A stretch of DNA of 64,000 nucleotides, taken from Somniosus microcephalus (lineage: Eukaryota). Under the pieces are notes generated by a model. It saw nothing but the letters and a program-made list of their open reading frames with translations, was not told the origin of the DNA and did no database searches. Every line of letters starts with the position of its first letter. Position 1 is the stretch's first letter. Of the stretch, positions 36,380-48,478 are shown piece after piece. The stretch is taken from NCBI GenBank assembly GCA_052327205.1, contig CM126204.1, positions 138,880,001 to 138,944,000 of the forward strand. The letters are read 5' to 3'. A program made the translations under genes and the position numbers.

Positions 36380-37700
36380 CCAGATCTGTTCAAAACGTGA
36401 GCTGCAACAGGTACTTAAAAATGTGAACAAGGTGCAATAATTTAGATAATTGACGATTATAATTGATTTGCTCGGTAACTTTCAGTTTCGCAAACCCGAA
36501 TTGTCTCTGACACGACCTCCAATAAGAAGCGAAAAGGGAAACAGTCACAGCCTTATTTATCAATAATGTTGATTGGGACCAAATAAGCTTTTTAACTACT
36601 TCACATAGATTAGATTCACCAGTGAGTTGACTCCAGCATTTGTTAGACAAAGAAAAGGCCCTCGTCAAGCACTGTTGTTAACCATTCTGAGCAAGACTTA
36701 TGCCGGGATGATAGGTAAATTGCATGATTGATATCCCTAAAAGCACCTACAACTTTTTTTCCTCTTGCAAAATATTTAGACTTCATCTATCGTGAACTTG
36801 GAAGGTAGTGCAACGCAATAAACTCTTCTTGCGTTCAGTCTGCACGCTGCTTTCTGACACAGCGACCAACAGCAGCCACATGGGCGAGAGGAGACGCCTA
36901 CAGGTGCAACACGAGGAAAGCAGCAACTCGATTCCTTTTTGTGTGTGCAGAAGCCGTGCAACAACACTTGACAGCAAATCACTTTCATTTCACTATCTTT
37001 AACATTTAAAAAAAATCATAAGCTTCTGCAGCAACACTCATGCTGAAGAAACAATGAGTCGATTTTATTATGGGAGCAGCAATAATTCATATACATATAT
37101 ATATATATATAATAATGTGCATTTCCCATGTGTATTTGTAGAAGCCTCTTTTTAAAAGTTCCCCCGCACCCCCAACCACCACACTTTTGTTTGGTATGTT
37201 CACGCTTAAATCCCCCATCTGTGGCACAATTTTTATGTCTGTTGCCATTCCAATAAACCAACTTTTTTTTCTCTCAAAAAGACTGGTCTGGAAAAAAAGT
37301 GGGCGTTGACTGTGCCCCTGCCCAAGCCCACTAATGAATATTAATGAACGCATACGTCTGTCTCTCTCCTTGTCTAGATGAAGCAGTCACTATCAGTAGA
37401 CGGCTGTTTTTTTTTGTGTATGTGTGTGGTGGGGGGGGGGTTTGTTTGTGTGTGATCGAGGAGGAGATTTTTTTTGGGGTGGGGGGGAGGAGGGGGCGAA
37501 GAGTCGCTCTTGGAAAATAAAAGGAGAATAATAAAAAAAAAAGAGGCTTTTTTTTTTGCATTGATGATTCGCTTTCTTTTCAAAATTTTTTTATATAGCA
37601 AGTGTCTTCTCCAGTCGTGCATGCGAGAATCGGTGGACTATATTGCTGTGCGGCGGCCCGCTCCACCCTCAGTTCATCCAAGTGCAGGCAAGGCGAAGCC
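36380..37700 (+). promoter_or_regulatory. jag1: jag1 promoter and 5'UTR region (TSS not determinable from sequence)
   Basis: TE-free, CpG-enriched stretch ending at the start codon; CCAAT and GC-box-like motifs; the 5'UTR block CCAGTCGTGCATGC...AATCGG resembles my recollection of the mammalian JAG1 5'UTR. Confidence 0.6.
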
Positions 37701-37766
37701 ATGGGCATGGTTTGTAGAAGGATTTCACTCTTTGCTGCTCTCTGGCTTACCGTCTTGCGGACCCAG
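37701..37766 (+). CDS. jag1: Jagged1 exon 1 (signal peptide MGMVCRRISLFAALWLTVLRTQ)
   Basis: Strong Kozak context GCCATGG, hydrophobic signal peptide, donor CAG|GTAGGT, phase 0 into exon 2. Confidence 0.85.
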
Positions 37767-38004
37767 GTAGGTTTTGTGTGGATCATTCGCCTCTCGTAGT
37801 AATTTTAAAAATAAATCACTTTTTTTTAACACACTTTGTTGCAAATTGCAAACTTGTGCAGTTGTAATAATTTGCTCCTTATTTAAGATTACTTTCTCCC
37901 TATTTTTGCAATAGTTTAACTGCTCCACTCCGTTAGATAATTTATTTATATATATTTCCAATTGCATTTTCTTATTTTTTGTTTTTTCTTTCCACCACCA
38001 CCAG

Positions 38005-38316
38005 CTATCCCTGGCATCGGGGCAGTTCGAGTTGCAGATAAACTTTATGCAGAACATTAACGGCGAGTTGCAGAATGGGAATTGTTGTGAAGGGAGCAGC
38101 AGGAATCCCCAGGACCGCAAGTGTGTGCGGGCCCAGTGCGACACCTTCTTCAAAGTCTGCCTGAAGGAGTATCAGTCCCGCGTCTCCCCCGGCGGACCGT
38201 GCAGCTTCGGCTTCTCCTCCACCCCGGTCATCGGAGGCAATACCTTTAACCTGAAAGGCGGCGGCAGCAGCGGCAGTGAGCGCAGGATCGTGCTGCCCTT
38301 CAACTTCGCATGGCCG
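38005..38316 (+). CDS. jag1: Jagged1 exon 2 (C2/MNNL domain)
   Basis: [18 protein letters not shown]...[16 protein letters not shown]...[16 protein letters not shown]...[11 protein letters not shown]; CAG| acceptor, |GTGAGT donor; 312 nt. Confidence 0.97.
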
Positions 38317-38335
38317 GTGAGTCCCGGGAACCGGC

Positions 38336-39063
38336 AGCCCGTGCACCGCGGGCAGGGGCAGGGAGCCCGTGCACCGCGGGCGGGGGCAGGGAGCCCGTGC
38401 ACCGCGGGCGGGGGCAGGGAGCCCGTGCACCGCGGGCGGGGGCAGGGAGCCCGTGCACCGCGGGCGGGGGCAGGGAGCCCGTGCACCGCGGGCAGGGGCA
38501 GGGAGCCCGTGCACCGCGGGCGGGGGCAGGGAGCCCGTGCACCGCGGGCGGGGGCAGGGAGCCCGTGCACCGCGGGCGGGGGCAGGGAGCCCGTGCACCG
38601 CGGGCGGGGGCAGGGAGCCCGTGCACCGCGGGCGGGGGCAGGGAGCCCGTGCACCGCGGGCGGGGGCAGGGAGCCCGTGCACCGCGGGCGGGGGCAGGGA
38701 GCCCGTGCACCGCGGGCGGGGGCAGGGGGCCCGTGCGGCGGGGGCAGGGGGCCCGTGCGGCGGGGGCAGGGGGCCCGTGCACCGCGGGCGGGGGCAGGGG
38801 GCCCGTGCACCGCGGGCGGGGGCAGGGGGCCCGTGCACCGCGGGCGGGGGCAGGGGGCCCGTGCACCGCGGGCGGGGGCAGGGGGCCCGTGCACCGCGGG
38901 CGGGGGCAGGGGGCCCGTGCACCGCGGGCGGGGGCAGGGGGCCCGTGCACCGCGGGCAGAGGCAGGGAGCCCGTGCACCGCGGGCGGGGGCAGGGAGCCC
39001 GTGCACCGCGGGCAGAGGCGGGGGCAGGGAGCCCGTGCACCGCGGGCGGGGGCAGGGAGCCCG
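38336..39063. repeat. 28-bp GC-rich VNTR (~26 copies) at the start of intron 2
   Basis: Unit GGGAGCCCGTGCACCGCGGGCGGGGGCA, with a GGGGGCCC variant block and two 21-bp deletion units. Confidence 0.97.
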
Positions 39064-39129
39064 CCGTAGACACTGGGAGCCCTCTCCCCGGCTGGCTTTC
39101 TCTCTCTGCTCACCTTGGTGCCACCTCGC

Positions 39130-39390
39130 GTTTAACTTGCACCTTTTACACTTGTTTACAAGCACCTTTTACGCTTGTTTACAAGCAGTTTTAACCCTTT
39201 TTAAGGCCGTTTCTAATGTTTTAAAGCAGTTTCCTACTTGTTATAAAGCACCTTTTACACTTGTTTACAAGCAGTTTTAAGACTTGTTTTAAAGCAGTTT
39301 TGACGCTTAATTTTACACTTTCTACACTTGCTTTCAAACACGTTTAACACTTGTTTTGAAGCAAGTTTTTTTTTTACACTTGCTTAAAAC
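39130..39390. repeat. Degenerate ~23-24-bp AT-rich tandem repeat
   Basis: Recurring ACACTTGTTTACAAGCA(G/C)TTTTA. Confidence 0.7.
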
Positions 39391-42300
39391 CGAACAGCTG
39401 TGTGTGTGTGTGTGTTTTATTGGCGACGTTTGACTGGTGGGGCCACCGACTGCAAAGCAAAAGCTAGATGCAGTTGTATTTCTTTTTAAAGAGGACTGTT
39501 GTGCATTCTCTATCACAGTTCAGTGTATTTTTTTGGTGGGGGGAGATAGAGGGAGGAGCAGAATGTTTTGCAAAGTGAGTGTTCATTGCCATCTTAACCT
39601 GCAAACCCTCTCCCGCTGAGCCGATGTGGAATTTCGATGTATGGTGTGGCTGCAAAATGCAATGCACCCAAAGCTTTTTCACCTCTGTACCCAGCACTTA
39701 TATTTTGGATTTTAATTTTTTTTCAAGCCTCTCCGTTTAATGTGTTGGGTCGAGGGTGTGTGTTTTGATTAATTGGGATGTGGGACTAAAGCGTAGGGGC
39801 CCCAATGTGGTGTAATTAAAAAAAAAAAAAAAGTTTGTTTAGACTTAAATTGTAACTCCATCATATCTACCACAGTTTATAAAAAGTAGGTGTCTGTTAT
39901 TACAACACCATATTGGATTCCTCCAATCTAATTTCAGTCAAGGGAATTAAAACTATTCTTATCACTGAAACCTGGAAAAAGGGCCAAGTAAATTTGCTTT
40001 TTGATCTTTTTTAGTAAGAAATTGTTGAGTCAGATTCCATGTGAGGGAGGCTGTGACAATGGAAGTTTCTGAAAGCTGTTAGTTCAATAGGTAAACATTT
40101 ACAGTGGTAATGCTGCGGATGTATATAAAGTATGCCTGTAGCATGAAAATTGGTGGAATTTCACTTTTAAATCTAACTGTTAGGGGTTTGATTTGTGTTT
40201 TAAAAAAAAAAAAAATCAGAATTCAGCTCTTGTGAATATAAGTACTCATTTGTATGTTCCGATACACATGAATAGTAATGGGCAGTTCCCCATGACACAC
40301 ATTGAGAGCACATAGATGCTAATCTTGCATTGTGGCTGATTGTAGTCTTTCTATTTCCATTTAGGGTAATCAAAGTTATCTTTTTCACTTTTTGAAAGGT
40401 TTTAAATGAACAAAAGATTGATGGGCAGATGAGTGGCACAAAGTTGTGGTCTTGTTACAATTGATGCGAGTCTACAAATTCTAATTTACTGGCTATTTTG
40501 CATCGTGCTGTATATCGGTCCGAATTTGTACTTTGCTAATGGAAGTGCAAGTTTGTGGGACAATTTGAAATTGAACACAGTTTACAGCACTGCAGGTTTT
40601 TTCCCCTATCGGAGGAAAGTTCTTGCCATGTCCCTAGTGTTAAATGAAAGGACGTCCCACTGAAGCATACAATACTACAAAAAGTAGCAATTTCCTTCAA
40701 TGGGTCTGTTACTGTGACTGACAGTTGAGTTGCAGCTTGTAAAGGAGAGGATTATCTTGATTATGTGCGGGCCCCTAATAAAAGACAAGATAAAATGAAA
40801 TTTGCGATTGATAAGTCAGTTGACAGAGTTTCTCACGAGTTATATTTTGGCTTGTTGGCTTATCGAGCACCTGGTCAGCTTTACTAGTACTGTATTCGTC
40901 AAGTAAGCAGTCATTGAAGTATTAGTGAATGGCCTTTATGTGAATATGCAGTGTGGAGAGGCGAGAGGGAGACGAAAGTATTGTCTGTAAAGTTGTGCAG
41001 TGATACATAGTGCAGCCATGTCCAAATGTCGTGTTTAACTGCATCCCCTGCACTTGGACCTCCATAATAATCAGAGTACTGGTCTTTCATTCTGTTGCTA
41101 TTGGGGTTTTTTAGTTCCTTGTTATGGGTTTAGTATTATAGATGACCTGATACAAAGGAGCACATTCCTTGTAATTGGGGGTATATGGTTCAAAAAGCTG
41201 CGTTGCCTTGACTACAACTATTGACACTTCCTTTCTTCCCTCTTTGTGTTGAAAGGTGAGCTCTAATTGGACATTGTCATCTTGCATGCTTGCTTATTCA
41301 GAGAGCTTGTACTTGGCAGTTCCAGCCATTATGGCAAATAAGCAAATGTAAATTTTACCACAGTAGGTGAGTGAGAAGTCAAGAATGTTGGAACAGTTGT
41401 ATATAATAGTAAATTGGAAGGTGATACTTTTGCACAAATAGTTTTACAGCTCAGTTCTGATGTGTTGGGTTTGACGGGGAAATGCGAGTAATGGGTGTGG
41501 AGATGGTGGGCTGTAAATTCATTTAGATGATTGGAAGGTTGAATGGGTTGCTAGGAAACATAGAAACAGCCTAGCATAGAGGAATAACTAGTGCGCACTA
41601 GAGCTGCACCTGCATTGGAAGGAGTTGACACAACTGCATGTAAAAGTCAAACCTGAGTTTAAAACCCTGCACCATTTATTTAGTGATGCGACAAGTGTTA
41701 GCATGGTTGTATACATGGCTGTTCTAATGTAGTTTAGTAAGTTTAACTTTCTTGCATATGGTTGGGTGGGGGGGGGAGCCCACATTATCTCCCAGTAAAT
41801 CTGTGTCCTGCTGTTGATGCAGAACGGCTCAGAAAAGCATGACCAGGCTATGGTCATGGCAATGCACGGTGGAATAGGAAAACTAAACTGAGTGCAATAG
41901 TCAGATGTGTAATATATCTTTGGGTGCTGTAATTCAAATACCTGGATCTTATTGACTGTATAATGCAAACTACTGTTATGGCTCATTGCCTTGTATTTAA
42001 GTTAATTTAAAATACCATCAAAATAGTGTCTTGTAAGCATGCTAACTAAAATGTTAACTTTGCTATCCCACTTTACTTGCTTTTCAGGTCAGAGTTTTGG
42101 AACTTTTAAAAACCTATGGTGACTTTCATTTTGAGGGAGGGTGCAGAACAGTGATTTCCAGTCTTACTCCTGAATTAACTTAATATATTGTAGTTAGGCT
42201 GGAAATGAGTTTGGTTACAATCAGTTTGGTGAATAAACCTAAGTGAAATTCTGGGATCAGTATGTCGAAGCCCTGCTATGTTGCACCCACGTGTATCCTA

Positions 42301-45160
42301 TTCAAGAAGGTGGGAGTAATTAAAGTTTAGCTTGGATTTACGCAGTTCATGTGTGTAAGTCTTGAACTCGTTCTGCTTAAGTTAGTGGGTTCCCTCTGGG
42401 AATAATCAGTGTTAGTTCTTCCCTTTTGGCATGTCTGGATCAAATTTCAGTTTGTTTAGAAAACTAAAGCATGGTCTTGGCATTGGTTGGTTAGCCAATT
42501 GATAGCAGTTATCCGCAAGAAGCTGAGATAACAAACTTCTATTGAACTAAAGCACTGATTTGAAAGTTGGTTCAGCTTTATTGAGATGATGTGTTCTGAT
42601 TGGCATTTTAATACATTAATAACTTTATTTTCAAGAAAAGGCAAACTTTTTGAAAACCCATCCGGTTTATTTTTTCAAGTTTATAACTGTGTATTTGTAA
42701 GAGTTTTATTTTTTTTTAATGTATTCACTTTGCAGTGATAACATTCAGCAACATGATGGTAATTTGCCAAGGAAAGAATATGTGGTGAAGTTGGGGCAGC
42801 TACTAAACAGAGCTATAATGTTTCCAGCATTGCAAAATCCCTTTGCTGTTGTCATTTTAGAACTCCCATGGATTTGATATGCAGTTGTGGTCTCCAGGCA
42901 GCGTAAGTGAGGCTGCACCTGGTACTTTCTGTGTGAAAGTGTGTGGGAAATCTCTGGCTAGTCAGTCAGTGCACTGAGTCTGCCTTCTGGCACAATCAAA
43001 GAATGGTAATCAACTTCAGATGCCGGATGGGTTTTTTTTTAAAGAAAAAGCACACTCTTTTGAGGTAGATGAAGTTTATTTAAATGATCTCTCTTTATGC
43101 CAGTGGGCACATTGTTTTATGGCCTAATTTAACAGAAATGTTCTTGTTAAACAGAATAGAGAGGGGGAACCTTGCTACACTTTTGAAAACTCTGATTCCA
43201 GTTGGTCATGCACTCCCCGGAGTTGTGATCAGATTTCAGCTTAATACCATGTATATTTTCACATTCTCACAGATACGATGAATGCCCACTTCTAAGTACT
43301 GAACTTGATCCTAGAGCCAACGAGCTGGACAATACTATCTTGTCGTGTGTGTGTGTTCCTCTTGAATAAAGAATGTAGTGGATCAAATGTAATGGGGACC
43401 CTTTTGCTTCTTGGCATTATTGACAAAATAGTCAGTGTAACTGAAAAATCTGTTGGGGCTTTTTAATGTGTTAGTATCAGCAGTAATGCTTACTATCCAC
43501 AAACGGTGCAACCATCAGGAAACCACAACATGTCAATGAAAATGGCCAATTTATTTTGGAAGCCATTTTGTGTGGAGTAATGTTCAGTTAGTTGGAGGAT
43601 AAAATTGGTCCCTAGCTCCAGGACTGCCAATTTCTAGTGGTGTATAAAAAGGCTGGCATGGAACATGCTTGTTAGGGTGATGAATAGAAATGGCTAGAGA
43701 ATATTGCTTATACATGTTCAAAGTCTTTTTTTTTAAAGCACTGCTCCATTTATTTAATTTTACCCTAAGTAACTAGACCTCTTGTCCAGACTTGCTCTTC
43801 ATGAACCTGACTGATGCGCCTGGCTGACTACAAGGTATTGCTTCTATTAACCTTGCACCCTCAATAACTGGTGCATTTAATAGATTTATCAATGGGGATG
43901 CTTTTCTCCAAAGTAACTCAAGTACTGACTAGAAATAATGGAAAAGCTTTATTCTCGCCAAGCTTAGAAAATGCAAAGAGCATAGCTTTTACATCAGGTC
44001 AATGTTGGCATAACTTGTGCTATGCATTGTGTGTATGTGTTTTTTCCCTTTTTAAAAAAAAAAAAAAAAACCCGTTTGGCTTATCAGTATTCTGAGTCTA
44101 GGAAGTGGTGTTCTGGCCACCCAGACACAGGCGGGGATTGCTAATATTAACCAAGAACAATAGCAAAAGCAAACTGACTGCATTGAGGATTACAGAATAT
44201 AATGGAGCCATCCAGAAATAATGCTAATACGGGACAAGCAACAGGAAGCACCAGTAGACTCAGCATTGCTGAGCTTCCAGACACACCAGAACTTCACATA
44301 ATGGCAACTTCAGCATATTATATATTCACAGGATACTAATTATTCCAACAGGCTTGCCAGATCAGACATCAGCCCAGTTTATGGGATGTTGCACACATAG
44401 TTTGGATAGCGGTACTTTTGTCTTTCATCGTTCGGCAACCGAAGGACAGCTGCTGGAATAGAAGGGTGCTGGCCTTCAGCTGCCAGTTTGGCCACTGATG
44501 TTTGAAGGAAAAGAGGCCAGCAGCTGCTTATATCATTAATTTGTTTTACATCTCAACTTAATGTGGCAATGAAGTGTTTCCCTTCTGTTCTGGAGCCAGA
44601 GGTTATTAATTTAGCTCAGGTTGTTGAAACAAGAGCAATTTTCAGTTTTGTATCTGGACACTTCCTCTCCCTTAAAGTGGCCTGAGTATAGTCGAGCCAT
44701 GCTGCTATTCGTCTTGCAGGATATTGGGCCAAATTTTTCTCTGGCAGGGCATCTAACGATGTCAGCCGTTAGTTAGACGTGCCCTTGCACATTTAGGTAT
44801 TTCAGATGAAATGAAATAAAACTATTCCACAGTATAAATGAAACTTCCTAACTGTTGACTGTGCTGGAAGAAGCAAATCTTAAAAAATTGTTGTTTAATA
44901 CTGTACTAAAGGGATAAATAACTAGTAGAAGGGCTATGGGCCTCTCCGAGGTTCATTTTTGGAGGTGAGAGATGGTAAGTTCAAAGTCCTTTTTAACTTT
45001 GCTAATTAGCCTTTTAATTCCCCCAGCCTAATTACTGTTCTTGAATGCCTGCTGATTCCTTGGGTGTGTTGGAATTTAATGTAGGAATTGACAGATGCAC
45101 TCCAGTCTGCTAAATGCGAATGTTTGAATGTAAAATTTAACATTGCATTTTAGTATCCAT

Positions 45161-45522
45161 TTGATAGAGGTGTTCAAAATCATGAAGGGTTTAGATAGAG
45201 TAAATAAAGAGAAACTGTTTAGTGGCTAAAGGGCCAGAGGGCACAGATTTACGGTGATTGGCAAAAGAGCCAGAGGAGACGTGAAAAACCTTTTTACCCA
45301 ACGAGTGGTTAGGATTTGGAATGCTCTGCCTGATAGGGTGGTGGAAACAGATTCAATAACAGCCTTCAAAAGGGAATTGGATAAATACTTGGAGAAAAAC
45401 TGCAGGGGTATGGGGAAAGGGTGGGGAGTGGGACTAACTGGATTGCTCTTCGAAAGAGCCGGCGCAGACTTGATGAGCCGAATGGCCGCCTCCTGTGCTG
45501 TGCCAGTCTATGATTCTATGAT
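45161..45522 (+). mobile_element. CR1 3' fragment in intron 2
   Basis: NLFTQRVVRIWNALPDRVVE...FKRELDKYL; (TCTATGAT)n tail. Confidence 0.85.
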
Positions 45523-47339
45523 TTTATTTTTGCAGTGCAGCATCGCATAAGAGCTTGATCCAAGATTCTGACCGTGACTTGGATAAATCTCTACGGTATT
45601 TTATTATATAGTCCCTGTAGCCCATTGGAATATCTCCTTAATGGCATTGAACAATTAGTGACTGATTTTCTACATTCTTTTTGAACTGGATAATCCCTCT
45701 TCTCACTTTGGAACTGGAGTAGAAATATAATTGATTTGAAAATCATAAAATATTGTGAACCTGGAATTATTGTATAGTTCCACTCCTAGTTTACAGAACT
45801 CAACTCTCAAAATTCTGACCGTTATGTGTGGTAGTAATGAAATTTTTAGGTTAATTAAGCTGCCTGGTGAAAGCTAGGATTCTTTTAAGGAAACAAATAT
45901 TCGAAATTGGTCAAGCACTTAAACACAGATGTGTTGTATTGATAAGGTGGGGGGGAATAACTGCATGTGCTGGAAATGCACAGTAGATTCATCAGCATCT
46001 GAAAAGATAGGCTAATATTTTAAGTGTAGATCCTGTCTCCGATCTTTTCAGTACTGCTTTTCTGTCCTCCAGTTTCGCAAAACTTTTTGAAAGGTAAACT
46101 TTTTCTCTTTCCCAATTCTTTTTCTTCCCACCACCTGCCCCCACCCTCCCCCTTGATTAATTGAGCAGTATATTTGGCAAGAACCAGTGTTGGAGAAAGC
46201 TTTAAGCAATTGTTCTTATTTACAGTTTAAATGCTAATAGCCCAACCCATATCCTTTGAACAGCTTACTGGCAGAGAAATTAATAGTAATGCTACCAGTA
46301 TATTCCATGGTCGATTAGGAAGTCTTGTTCACTCCCCATTGTAGATTAAAATGTAGTTAAAATATATATATTCTCCCAGCCCCATGAACCATATTTATTT
46401 GGTAACTGTTCCATTGTGCATCGCAAACTAGCCATGCTGTTACTTATCATTAAATTATTTGGGGGGTGGGGGGCGCGCGGGGTGGTGTGGTGTGGTGCAT
46501 TATCAAAACTTTCCAACAAATTGTTCCAAATAACATTTCTTAAAGTTGTGAAACCTTTGCGCTGGTGGTGGGAGAGGGGCGTGGGGCCAGTTTCCAGCAT
46601 AGTAGTAAATATAGTTCTTTTTTGGAAAATAAAAGATCTATCATTCAGCCTTTAGAATATTTCAAAAGGGACTGACACACTATATTGCATCTAAATGGCT
46701 GCATTTATGGCAATGATTTTAAAAATAAACACTAAATGCATGTATTTGTCTTTATAAAGATGGTATCTGATTTTTGAGCAAAGGTAACTCAGTGATGTCA
46801 CTACCCAAAGGGTTACATTTTTCTTGGTTAATATGGGTAGATCATGGTTTGCCTGCGTACCAGAGTAATCCGAGTAATTATAATGATGGACAGAATGATT
46901 TCTTTGTGCAGGATATATTGGTTTGAATAACTGCACTGTTTTGAGCTGTCCATTAATTCAGTGATGAGCATAGGTCAAGTCTGAGCATGGGAAAAATAAA
47001 CGGCATACTGATATCTATCCCGTACTGATAACCTGGCAGTGAATCATCAGGGGAAAATTTTAATGGGAAAAGTCTGCGCTGTGTGTGTTTTAATATTGAC
47101 TGTTTAAGTAATAAAGTATGACTGAGTTAGTTTGTCCACGGTAAACCATTAACGTGGTCTTAGTTATGACACCTTGTGCATTGTAGTATTCCACCTGGTA
47201 ATGCAACCTGGAAGCTTTTATTTAACTACATTTGGAATTCATTTTTTTTTAAAAACTTGCTACTCCTGTAAGGGGATCTAAAATACTAAGCATAACTATT
47301 CCACCATTTAAATGGGTGGAACAGTAACCACATCATTTA

Positions 47340-47732
47340 TTTGTAATTCCCTGTGCCTTTCCCTCCTGAAACTGGTGGAGGGCCATTGGCACCTGCTACC
47401 TTTTGCCAAGTGGCTTGTTCTTCAAGTGCAGGCTTGTACGGCGAGTGTTGACTGTGTCAACTTGAGGGCTATTTGGCAGTGGGCGACTTCACAGCTGAGC
47501 CAGATCGTGGCTTCAACTGATGCCCGTGCTCTTACACGTTCCAGCACGGGTCACTAGATAGTGATCAGGAGCCTTTCCATCTCCCCAGTCCAGGCACACC
47601 GCAGTTTAATTGTCTTGCCCTTTGGCTGAGATCCACTGAATGCTCAGCACAAACCGGGAACCAAGCATGGGACCACCTTATTCTATGTGGCTGGAGTCTG
47701 CACTACTAACTACACTTACTAATTGAGCCATC
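47340..47732 (-). mobile_element. Older tRNA-derived SINE, second family
   Basis: Similar to 32050-32410 and 60583-60960 (GTGCTGAG...GATCTCAGCC, CCTGATCACTATC). Confidence 0.5.
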
Positions 47733-47784
47733 ATTTACTGTAAGTTTCATCAGATTTTAACTAATCCGTTTGTTTGTATTCGGT

Positions 47785-48478
47785 CTCTAGCCACCAACTC
47801 CATCCCCTGGCAATTGTCTGAGCAACCTTGGTGTCATATCTGACCCTGAGATGAGCTTCCGACCACACGTCCACGCCATCACCGAGACAGCCTACTTCCA
47901 CCTCGAACATCGCCTGACTCTGCCCCTACCTCAGCTCATTTGCTCATCCATGCCCTTTGGTACGTGTAGACTTGACCAAGCCAACACGCTCTTGGCCGGC
48001 CTCCCATCTTTTACCCTCCATAAACGTGAGCTCATCTAAAACTCACTGCCAGTGTCCTAACTTGCACCAAGTCCCAACACCCTTGTGCTCGCTGGCCTAC
48101 ATTGGCTCCCGGTCTGGTAACGCCATGATTTTAAAATTCTCATCCTTGTTTTCAAATCCTTCCATGGTCTTGCCCCCTCCCCATCTCTCTAACCTCCTCC
48201 AGCCCTACAATTCTAGCATCTTGCTCATTCCCTATTTTAATCGCTTCACCATTGGCAGCCGTGCCTTCAGTTGCCTAGGTGCTAAACTCTGGAATTCCAC
48301 CCTAAACCTCTCCACCTCTCCACTTCTCCTTTTAAGACACTCCTTAAAACCTACCTCTTTGACCAAGCTTTTGGTCACCTCTTCTAATATGGCTTGGTGT
48401 CAAATTCTGTTTGATGCTGCTGTGAAGCTCCTTGGGATGTTTTACAACGTTAAGGATGCTGTATAAATGCAAGTTGTT
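47785..48478 (+). mobile_element. L2 3' fragment in intron 2
   Basis: NLGVI.DPEMSFRPH...TAYFHL; RAFSCLGAKLWNS; TATAAATGCAAGTTGTT tail. Confidence 0.85.

Noticed and set aside
37621-37623. ATG 37621 as the jag1 start codon
   Set aside because: Out of frame with exon 2; ATG 37701 gives the signal peptide and correct phase. Treated as a uoORF instead.
38005-39280. Several 250-390-aa ORFs over exon 2 and the VNTR
   Set aside because: Only 38005-38316 is coding; the rest is read-through into a stop-free 28-bp repeat after a canonical GT donor.
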